From positions 1-58,506 of the IMG/VR virus record IMGVR_UViG_3300020469_000054: a stretch of 58,506 bases of DNA; one strand, written 5' to 3'. Under the pieces are notes generated by a model. It was not told the origin of the DNA. It saw only the letters and a program-made list of their open reading frames with translations, and ran no database searches. The position numbers and the translations under genes were made by a program. The DNA comes from a virus (taxonomy: Duplodnaviria; Caudoviricetes). Within the stretch, counting starts at the first letter, position 1, and each line of letters starts with the position of its first letter. This document shows, one piece after another, positions 19,166-26,805 of the stretch.

Positions 19166-20006
19166 TGTCTACCTCAACTAGATTGTTTAATAAATGTGGA
19201 GTCGTATCTAATACTCTTTGCTCACACATTGTGTGGTATTGTGTATCAACTTCAAACCCAATGTAATTGCGTTCTTCTTCGATACACACCTGAGCAGTAG
19301 TGCCCGACCCCATAAAGGGATCTAACACTAAGTCACCCTTGTTAGACCACGTGAGTATGTGCCCACGTGCTAACTCTTCGGGCATTGTTGCTGGATGTTT
19401 ATATGCTGCTTTACTTGACTGACCAAATCCACCACTATTCTTAATCCTCCAAATATTAGTCCTTACACCATATTCTCTAATTGGATTACTCCTTTTACCA
19501 GGTTTATTTGTTGTCCCATCTCTCTTTCTACTTGTTGCCTCACCCCATGATCGTATACCTGCCCACTTATTCTTTTTATCTTGAATAAGATTAATTGTCT
19601 TGGGTTTACCCTTACTAAGTATAAAACAATATTCAAATATCTGTGTATATCTAACACTCTTCGGACCAGATGCAAACGCAGTGCCAGTCTTCTCATATAT
19701 CATAGTATCATGCAACCTGAAACCTTTATCCATAAAGTATAAACATTGCCTGAAAGATGATCCTGTCTCACTACCATTTACTGTAGCATCACCCACATTC
19801 CACATAACAACACCACCATCAGCAACCTTCTCTTCTAATAGTGTTGCAACATCTTTGAATACATTATAATCCCATTTACTACTATCATTATAAGTTCTTA
19901 GATCATCATAAGGTGGGGATGTAACAACTAAGTCGATACATCCATCATCCAACTTTGACATACCGTCAATACAACTCTCGTTGTATATTTTATTAATAGG
20001 TAACAT
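19155..20006 (-). CDS. DNA methyltransferase, N4-C/N6-A, beta class
   Basis: VTSPPY...HPA...DPFMGSGTT; probable start MLPINKIY. Confidence 0.92.
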   Translation of the reverse strand: MLPINKIYNESCIDGMSKLDDGCIDLVVTSPPYDDLRTYNDSSKWDYNVFKDVATLLEEKVADGGVVMWNVGDATVNGSETGSSFRQCLYFMDKGFRLHDTMIYEKTGTAFASGPKSVRYTQIFEYCFILSKGKPKTINLIQDKKNKWAGIRSWGEATSRKRDGTTNKPGKRSNPIREYGVRTNIWRIKNSGGFGQSSKAAYKHPATMPEELARGHILTWSNKGDLVLDPFMGSGTTAQVCIEEERNYIGFEVDTQYHTMCEQRVLDTTPHLLNNLVEVDNAS

Positions 20007-20643
20007 CGACATAATCAGTTTGTACAAATGTGCATAGTCTCTTTTGATTCTTTACATTAGTCCTAGCAGTGCCATAGATGGATGTAACGCAATCAATATC
20101 ACTGATATGCACTTTAAGACCAGAGAATCCGTTATTGTTCTTACCTGATGATGTTACTTTATCATCCCATCCACTATCTTTATGCTTTAAATTTGGCACA
20201 TCAACTAATGCTGCAAAGACCTCAGTAAATACATTACCATCATGCTTCAACTTCAATACAAAGTGAAGTGAATTCTTTACCTTACTGTGATTGTTACCTG
20301 TTGCAAATTTACCATTGTCATCACCTAAAGTCATCTTCTCTTCAATAGTGATAACTCCATTATCATCCATTTCTACATCATATCCGTTACCATCAACAAA
20401 CTTGTATGGTATGCCCACTATCTCTGCTGCATCCTCAAATGCGAATGGTGCAAAGTTTGCTAATAGTTTAGTCTTTTGTACTGTAGAATTACCACCAGTA
20501 CCATAAATTGTTGTTAGTGTGACTTTTCTACCACCAGCAAGAATCTCTAGTGATTTGTCAAGTCTCTCTGTAAGTAATCGTAATGCTTTAGGGATGATTG
20601 AATGATAGTCATCACGAATCTTAGAATAATCTCTTAGTGTCAT
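19993..20643 (-). CDS. Putative PD-(D/E)xK endonuclease (candidate restriction enzyme)
   Basis: GYD-x11-EEK pattern; overlaps the downstream MTase. Function is inferred. Confidence 0.45.
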   Translation of the reverse strand: MTLRDYSKIRDDYHSIIPKALRLLTERLDKSLEILAGGRKVTLTTIYGTGGNSTVQKTKLLANFAPFAFEDAAEIVGIPYKFVDGNGYDVEMDDNGVITIEEKMTLGDDNGKFATGNNHSKVKNSLHFVLKLKHDGNVFTEVFAALVDVPNLKHKDSGWDDKVTSSGKNNNGFSGLKVHISDIDCVTSIYGTARTNVKNQKRLCTFVQTDYVDVTY

Positions 20644-20666
20644 TGGAAAGTTGCTTCAATAATAAT

Positions 20667-20724
20667 ATAATAAAGGATAAATGAGATTATGTCAATCCCA
20701 TCTATCCAGTTTGCCAAGTGGCAC
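20667..20724 (-). promoter_or_regulatory. Early promoter cassette 7, which also has a -35 box
   Basis: TATCCAG-tttgccaa-GTGGCAC at 20703-20724; TTGACA-17 nt-TATTAT. Confidence 0.7.
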
Positions 20725-21684
20725 TTACTTATCCTTTGCTGGATAAGCAAACCTAGAGTTGCCACCTAGTGCCTTGTTGGATAACTTATCCAACAACTTA
20801 TTGCCAATGTTAATAGCATCAGGGGTATCATTATACCACCCAAGTATATCATGTAAGATAAATTGTGCAGATGCTCCTGTTGCTCTACCTTTAGTAAGTG
20901 CCTTAAGTGTTTTGAAATTTGGTAAGTCATCACGAACAAACTTTTCAAATGCAACCTTCTTACCATTGGTAAGAGCATCAATAAACTCTGATACTAAGCA
21001 AAATGCTCTAAGTGCATCACCTTTAACAGTAGTCTCATTAGGATATAAGTCATTCAATAACTCAAATCCATCACCAATCTTACTTACTTGAGTAGGATAA
21101 TCACCAGTGCATAACAGATAGAAATGTGTAAACACTTCTAACTCTTTAGCATCATCTTTTACAGATCCAAGATTATCAATAGTAAGATTAAATGTCTCTA
21201 ACATATCAAGAATGTGTAGAGATTTGGCATCCTTACTGTATATACCAGCACGAACTTCATCCAACTTAGTAGGTTTCTTACCTAAAGTATTCAACTCATG
21301 GAATAATCTTGCTTCAAATTCTATGCACTGTTCAAGTGTAGCATCTTCAGCATGAGTATAAACAGAGCATGGAACTGTGCCAGTGTAGTTACTCTTAATC
21401 ACTCTTAAGCAACGGTGTTGCCCATCAATAACAAAATCCCCCTTGTCTTCATCATCAAGGTGATCTGGTCTCCTTGCTATGACAGGTGGGATTAACTTTG
21501 TTAGATCTAATGCTCCACCCTTACGAATATATCCAGGTGAAACGTGTCTTTGATACTTTGCGTCTAACTTACAAAGTCTTACATCTAATTCTTCTATTGG
21601 TAAAAACTTACCACTATACTCCTTTGGAATCTTAAGGTTATAATTGTTTAGAACATCCCTAAGAAAGTTGGACTTATTTGACAT
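20725..21684 (-). CDS. DGQHR-motif ParB/Srx-like domain protein
   Basis: YQR...PVIARR...FVIDGQHR...EARLFHELN. Confidence 0.7.
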   Translation of the reverse strand: MSNKSNFLRDVLNNYNLKIPKEYSGKFLPIEELDVRLCKLDAKYQRHVSPGYIRKGGALDLTKLIPPVIARRPDHLDDEDKGDFVIDGQHRCLRVIKSNYTGTVPCSVYTHAEDATLEQCIEFEARLFHELNTLGKKPTKLDEVRAGIYSKDAKSLHILDMLETFNLTIDNLGSVKDDAKELEVFTHFYLLCTGDYPTQVSKIGDGFELLNDLYPNETTVKGDALRAFCLVSEFIDALTNGKKVAFEKFVRDDLPNFKTLKALTKGRATGASAQFILHDILGWYNDTPDAINIGNKLLDKLSNKALGGNSRFAYPAKDK

Positions 21685-21745
21685 TTAAATAAACGAGTTA
21701 ATATCTCGTGTGATACAATGAAGAAGTTAATATCCTCTTCAGCAC

Positions 21746-21786
21746 TATTTATAATCGCATAAAAAAGAGGGTTTGTCAACCCTCTT
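21746..21786 (-). terminator. Terminator hairpin followed by late promoter TATAAATA
   Basis: AAGAGGGTT..AACCCTCTT with T-run; TATAAATA at 21746-21753. Confidence 0.65.
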
Positions 21787-21791
21787 AACAG

Positions 21792-21986
21792 TTATACATA
21801 TTGCTCGTTGAGATGCAATACGTCTACTATTTCACTTATAGTACTCATACACTCTTCATACTCATCATGAGTAAGACTCTTCGTCTTATAGTATTTCCTT
21901 TGTACATCAGAGACATACTTGAAAATACATTGTCTAAGCACCTCTTTTTGCATTTTACTTAAAATTGCAGTTTTTAAAAATGTCAT
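21792..21986 (-). CDS. Hypothetical protein
   Basis: ORF track. Confidence 0.55.
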   Translation of the reverse strand: MTFLKTAILSKMQKEVLRQCIFKYVSDVQRKYYKTKSLTHDEYEECMSTISEIVDVLHLNEQYV

Positions 21987-21988
21987 AC

Positions 21989-22183
21989 CTATCTCCTTAA
22001 GGTAGTAAGGTAATCTAACACTTGTTGTCTCACATCCATTAGTTCATTAAAGCACTTTTGGTTATGGGCACAACCTCGAAGGTGAGTGTCTGGTTTATGG
22101 ACTGACTCTATGTAGAGATCAAGTCCACGATTCCATTTATCGTTAGGACTTTCATCCTCATGGATACTGTTTTGATCTTTCAT
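21989..22183 (-). CDS. Hypothetical protein
   Basis: ORF track; LRGCAHNQKCFNELM. Confidence 0.65.
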   Translation of the reverse strand: MKDQNSIHEDESPNDKWNRGLDLYIESVHKPDTHLRGCAHNQKCFNELMDVRQQVLDYLTTLRR

Positions 22184-22270
22184 TACTCCTGTGTAGTATA
22201 TTCAAGATCATAGTCTATAGATCCATCGTCATATTCTAGATCTTCATCTAGAATTTCTAGCATTTCATCT

Positions 22271-22450
22271 TCATTCATAATCTTTAACATCGTAAGGTTT
22301 GTTTTTAGTTAATTTCTTTGAATTATGTGAATCTTTGTATTCCCATGAGGTGCTTTTATTTGAAGATCCTCGTTGACGCTTATCTCTAAGTGATTTGCCT
22401 GGTGAGGAATAACCTCTCTCAGCACCACCTCTTCTAAATGTCTTTCCCAT
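22271..22450 (-). CDS. Small basic hypothetical protein (59 aa)
   Basis: Read manually: MGKTFRRGGAERGYSSPGKSLRDKRQR... Confidence 0.55.
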   Translation of the reverse strand: MGKTFRRGGAERGYSSPGKSLRDKRQRGSSNKSTSWEYKDSHNSKKLTKNKPYDVKDYE

Positions 22451-22492
22451 TGTTTAGTTGGAATTAATGCGTGACGACGTAATGTATATATG

Positions 22493-22735
22493 CTATTTGT
22501 TGTTTATCCTATTTGCCCGAATAAATGAGACTTTATCCTTTAGCAATTGGTCATAGTCATAAGGATCAGAATCCTCATAATCACTAGGCATTTTAACCTC
22601 CAATTCATCAAATACAAAACCAACGCCTTGTAAGAAATCCGAGGTCTTATCAACCACATCCACTAGATAATTGCTATCAAATTGTTTCTCTGATCGAGTA
22701 CCATCAGAGTCAATACACGTTAAAGTAAATTTCAT
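22493..22735 (-). CDS. Hypothetical protein
   Basis: ORF track; DFLQGVGFVF; first gene after cassette 8. Confidence 0.65.
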   Translation of the reverse strand: MKFTLTCIDSDGTRSEKQFDSNYLVDVVDKTSDFLQGVGFVFDELEVKMPSDYEDSDPYDYDQLLKDKVSFIRANRINNK

Positions 22736-22756
22736 GGTTAATATAACTACTCTGTA

Positions 22757-22813
22757 ATTGTATCATGGATTTTAAAATATGCAACCCACATGTGACAGTA
22801 TCCTCATTGTCAT
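22757..22813 (-). promoter_or_regulatory. Early promoter cassette 8
   Basis: GTGACAG-tatcctca-TTGTCAT at 22792-22813; TGA-TACAAT. Confidence 0.7.
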
Positions 22814-23448
22814 GTTTCAGGATCATAAGCATAATGTGATCTAATGCCATCCTTTAAAACATAATGGAAGAAAGCATTATGATAATATGATCCATCAGGT
22901 GACTCAGGAAATGGTGGTCTCCAATGTATTCTCTCAGTTCCTTTATATACAATACAATCACCAACATCTTGATATATTAAATGATCATTTCCATCACCAT
23001 CTTCAATACCAAATGCCCATGGTTCTTTTATATTAGATGATATATGTATTGAACATGATATTTCACAAGCATCTCTATCACAATGAGGAGTTAAGAAAGA
23101 TCCATTATAATAATACCTATCAAACCAATAACTATTATATAATTGTTTACCTATTTCTTTTTGGATACATTGTTTAACTTTTAAATATGCTCTTGCAAAT
23201 ATAGGAACATTACGTCTTGAATGTCTTTCATATCCTGTTGTTTCTAATTCACATTCTTCTGCTACTACTACGTTACCATTTGAATGATCATAATAACCAT
23301 ATTTTTCTGATATCTCTTTATTGAAAGGACTTACATCTATAATATTCTTTATAACAAAGAAACCATCTCTATCATATACAACGTGATTAGTACGTGAGGT
23401 ATTTCTTCTATTTTCAATTTCTTGTCTTAGATTATTATCAATCTGCAT
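22810..23448 (-). CDS. Putative 2OG-Fe(II) oxygenase
   Basis: LTPHCDRDACEISCS...GDCIVYKG...HWR...FFHY. Confidence 0.75.
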   Translation of the reverse strand: MQIDNNLRQEIENRRNTSRTNHVVYDRDGFFVIKNIIDVSPFNKEISEKYGYYDHSNGNVVVAEECELETTGYERHSRRNVPIFARAYLKVKQCIQKEIGKQLYNSYWFDRYYYNGSFLTPHCDRDACEISCSIHISSNIKEPWAFGIEDGDGNDHLIYQDVGDCIVYKGTERIHWRPPFPESPDGSYYHNAFFHYVLKDGIRSHYAYDPET

Positions 23449-23450
23449 AA

Positions 23451-24062
23451 TCATCTCCAACGAGGACCAGATACCCAACCAACTAATGCTTCTCTCTGCC
23501 CTTTAGTTATTTTAGTAACTCTGTGTCTATACCTAGAATCAAATATGAATAAAGTACCTTTTGTTCTTGGTGCAATGATCTTTTTAAAACTATCATCTGA
23601 TTGTATTTCAAAATTGCCTCCTTCATAATCATATGGATCACTCAGTTGAAAGGAGAATGATAACTTCCTTGACTTTTCACAATTTTCTGACATAAAATCA
23701 TTACCAATATTACCAGTAGTTTGACTATACATCTCCAAAGCAGTATCAGTATGCCACCTATAATGACCATCTAATCCATAATGAGTATATTGAATAGCAT
23801 CACTTTCAATTTCTTCTATATCATATTTAAAATTTTCTCTATTTGCTTTTAGAACATACGAATATATAAAACCACCTATCCATGTAGTTGATGGAATCCA
23901 AGATACTTCTGATTTTCTTATATTATTTGGTGCTACTTTATCAACCATACCTACCTTTGATTGTTCCAAAGGATTCATATGATACTTACAATCAGAAATT
24001 ACCTGATCAATTATGATATCAGGTAAACCAGTATAATACCATACTATAGTATTTGCCATCAA
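23451..24062 (-). CDS. 2OG-Fe(II) oxygenase (PKHD/prolyl-hydroxylase-like)
   Basis: WHTD...RKLSFSFQLSDP.DYEGG...HRVTKITKGQREALVGW. Confidence 0.88.
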   Translation of the reverse strand: MMANTIVWYYTGLPDIIIDQVISDCKYHMNPLEQSKVGMVDKVAPNNIRKSEVSWIPSTTWIGGFIYSYVLKANRENFKYDIEEIESDAIQYTHYGLDGHYRWHTDTALEMYSQTTGNIGNDFMSENCEKSRKLSFSFQLSDPYDYEGGNFEIQSDDSFKKIIAPRTKGTLFIFDSRYRHRVTKITKGQREALVGWVSGPRWR

Positions 24063-24110
24063 ACAACATCAATTATATTGTATTATATATTATTTCTACT
24101 TGATTGTCAA

Positions 24111-24986
24111 TTATATTGGTTGCATCCACTCAATTCGTGCATAAGAACTATTATTACCTGGACCAGAAGAAGTATTTTGTAGACTGAGATTACTTCCATG
24201 ATATCCAGGTGCATTACCGTTTGGGAGACCTCCAATATAATTGGATCCTCCTCCACCGCCACCAGCACATCCTGTGCCTCTGCCGCCTTCCCAACCGCCA
24301 CCGCCGCCACCGCCGCCGTAGTAACCATACCCACCAGGTGATCTTCCTCGGAATTCTGCAAACCAAAATGTTCCTCCTGATCCGTAACTTAAGAAACCAC
24401 CATTATATGCGTTTCCACCAGGTCCACTATAAAATTGTCCATGTTGTCCACCTTGTCCAGACTGGTATCCCCAAGTTGTGCCACCACAAGCACCACCTCC
24501 ACCACCCCAACCTTGTTGGTTTCCACATGATCCTCCACCACCACCTCTAGCACCTTGAGGGTATCCAGCAGATCCACCACCTTGACATCCATTAGGTGCT
24601 CTAAGACCTGCCATCATAAACATTCTTGGAGAATAACTAGGTATACTATTTGGAACAGATCCAGTTACCATTGTTGAAGCAGTCCAACCATTATTTCCTT
24701 GTCCTTGTCGCTGATAAGTAAACGTATCACCAACTCTAATTACAAACTCACCAACACTATAACCACCATCAGACTCAATTCTTAATCGTAATAATGCTTC
24801 AGCACCAGCACCACCTGTTACTTGAATATTACTAGTCCAACTATAAGTATCCCAGTTTGACACACTAAAATCATGTACAGTGCCATTCCAGTTAAGTTGT
24901 ATATCAGGAGTAAGGTTTCTGGTGGGTCCACCAAAACCTCTCATCCTTGCAGCACCACCGTGAGATAATTGAGAGAAAAATGACAT
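24111..24986 (-). CDS. Glycine-rich protein (putative fibre or receptor-binding component)
   Basis: Many GGGGG runs and GYYGGGGG; ends the fibre-like gene cluster. Confidence 0.65.
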   Translation of the reverse strand: MSFFSQLSHGGAARMRGFGGPTRNLTPDIQLNWNGTVHDFSVSNWDTYSWTSNIQVTGGAGAEALLRLRIESDGGYSVGEFVIRVGDTFTYQRQGQGNNGWTASTMVTGSVPNSIPSYSPRMFMMAGLRAPNGCQGGGSAGYPQGARGGGGGSCGNQQGWGGGGGACGGTTWGYQSGQGGQHGQFYSGPGGNAYNGGFLSYGSGGTFWFAEFRGRSPGGYGYYGGGGGGGGWEGGRGTGCAGGGGGGSNYIGGLPNGNAPGYHGSNLSLQNTSSGPGNNSSYARIEWMQPI

Positions 24987-24991
24987 AATCT

Positions 24992-25582
24992 TTAATTCAT
25001 GTTAGATTGATTTGCTAATACTAACCAGTCGTAATTTCCTGTGCCAGTAGAAATGATTGTAAATTGGTAAACATCGTAACCACCATCACCTCCCCTTTCA
25101 TCAGGTGCTTCACCATCTGCCCATTCAACAGTTTGACCATAACCATCGATATTACACCATGCAGTATAACCAGATCCAGTATTAGTAGGTGAGATCAAAG
25201 TTTGTACAATAGCATCACGATTATTCATCTTTGCACGTAAGGTGCTACTTTCAAACACAAAATTAGGTGTCCAGTTTCCATTATTAGTAGATGTATACCG
25301 ATGAATAGATCCTCTATTACAATAGACGGTAGTGCTACTATTAGTTGAACTACTGACCACATCCACTTTTTCTATCATTGGATGTGCTGCCAGATACATC
25401 CCATCTGTTCCAGTAACATGGAGATCCATCTCAGGTGATGCTGTATTGATACCTATACGATTGTTAGCGGTATCAATATATAAAGTATCAGTATCGAAGG
25501 AATAGTTACCTCCTGTTAAAAATTCTAAAGCGGGACCAGTTCCTGCTCGGTTTTTTATTTGATCTACGTTTAACTGTGACAT
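24992..25582 (-). CDS. Tail fibre-like protein
   Basis: SQLNVDQIKN N-terminus; NNRIGINTASP...LHV motif. Confidence 0.65.
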   Translation of the reverse strand: MSQLNVDQIKNRAGTGPALEFLTGGNYSFDTDTLYIDTANNRIGINTASPEMDLHVTGTDGMYLAAHPMIEKVDVVSSSTNSSTTVYCNRGSIHRYTSTNNGNWTPNFVFESSTLRAKMNNRDAIVQTLISPTNTGSGYTAWCNIDGYGQTVEWADGEAPDERGGDGGYDVYQFTIISTGTGNYDWLVLANQSNMN

Positions 25583-25610
25583 GGATACTTACCTACTATG
25601 AATCTATTTA

Positions 25611-26339
25611 TCAGTTTTGATGTCCGAAGGATCCCAATACTATCCAAGAAGCAGATCCAGTTTTCTCAATATAAAAAGTATATGAATCATAACCAGAAGT
25701 ACCACCTGGACCTGCGGTATCAGGAGTACCATCAATTGGATTATCTTCACCTGCCCATTGAATAGATCCTGTTGCGTTAACACCATCAATAGAAAATCCA
25801 TTAGATGCCAGCGTACCTGAAGAACTATTAACTGGGAATATAATCTGTATCATGATAGCATCACCAGTCTCCAATCTGTCATTCAATGACATATCTGATC
25901 CACCACTAGTACCAGGAGCATTACTTATATTAAAAGTGTAATTTCCTGCAGGAGTACCAGTAAAATACTGAGTGCTACCATATTCAAGATAATAATTATT
26001 TGTATCAGAAACAGAACCATTAGTTCTATAAGATAACTCTTTCATGAAACTACCAGAGTTATAATTTCCAGAGTCAACCAATCCTTCATGTTTAAATCCT
26101 GTTCCTGCTACCTTAAATGACGCTCTACTTTGAGCAGTCATAGGAGCACTACTATTTCCCAACAAAACTTTACCAGCAACTCCAACTCCAGTTGAAGATT
26201 GAATATCAGCGTTAACTGCTGGAGTACCTGCTCCTATTGGATTTAAATAAAAGTTAGTACCAGCATTAGTAATCTCCAATCCAATTATGGATGCCACCTT
26301 ACTATGCTGAAACTTATCTACGTTTACTTGTGATGCCAT
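25611..26339 (-). CDS. Tail fibre-like protein, C-terminal domain related to 24992..25582
   Basis: Shared W...P...GG..GYD.Y.F.I C-terminus. Confidence 0.6.
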   Translation of the reverse strand: MASQVNVDKFQHSKVASIIGLEITNAGTNFYLNPIGAGTPAVNADIQSSTGVGVAGKVLLGNSSAPMTAQSRASFKVAGTGFKHEGLVDSGNYNSGSFMKELSYRTNGSVSDTNNYYLEYGSTQYFTGTPAGNYTFNISNAPGTSGGSDMSLNDRLETGDAIMIQIIFPVNSSSGTLASNGFSIDGVNATGSIQWAGEDNPIDGTPDTAGPGGTSGYDSYTFYIEKTGSASWIVLGSFGHQN

Positions 26340-26348
26340 GTTAAATTC

Positions 26349-26774
26349 TTAGAAGATTGACCAGGTTACACCTTGACCAACAGTAACACTGAAACCATCA
26401 GCAACAGTGATTATTGGACCTTTAGAGAAGGAGTTTTGAAATGTTGGATCTGATGAAACATCAGGTATTACTAGATTTTCATCTATTAGTGCAGGGTTAC
26501 CACGAATATAACTATATTGACCTAATCCACCTCCACCACCTGCAACCTCTGTCCAACCAGGATTGCCATCACCATCTTCATCAGCAACATAGACTTCGCA
26601 TTTATCCTCTTCAGTATTGAAACGCATAGTTCCAACACTAATACCAGTAGGTCTAGTAGCAGTATCACCAGAAGGCAATCTAAACACACTATCAGTATTC
26701 AAAAATGATAATTTAGTAATAACTGCTTGTGTAGTGGATGCTATCTGATTGTCACTAATTTTTGTGATTGCCAT
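26349..26774 (-). CDS. Virion structural protein
   Basis: LPSGDTATRP...G.MRFNT; GPIITVADGFSVTV...W; late promoter upstream. Confidence 0.65.
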   Translation of the reverse strand: MAITKISDNQIASTTQAVITKLSFLNTDSVFRLPSGDTATRPTGISVGTMRFNTEEDKCEVYVADEDGDGNPGWTEVAGGGGGLGQYSYIRGNPALIDENLVIPDVSSDPTFQNSFSKGPIITVADGFSVTVGQGVTWSIF

Positions 26775-26805
26775 TTATTTAGTTACACCTATACTTTATT
26801 TATAA

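Noticed and set aside
12115-22813. The 22-bp repeats as a CRISPR array, integron attC sites, or NtcA, LexA or sigma54 sites
   Set aside because: Copies are degenerate and 0.4-2.7 kb apart, no integrase or cas operon is in the window, and they do not match GTA-N8-TAC, CTG-N10-CAG or TGGCAC-N5-TTGC.
24107-24592. Alternative-frame ORFs with poly-His/Arg or Val/Ala runs
   Set aside because: They are artefacts of GGN codon runs in the Gly-rich gene.
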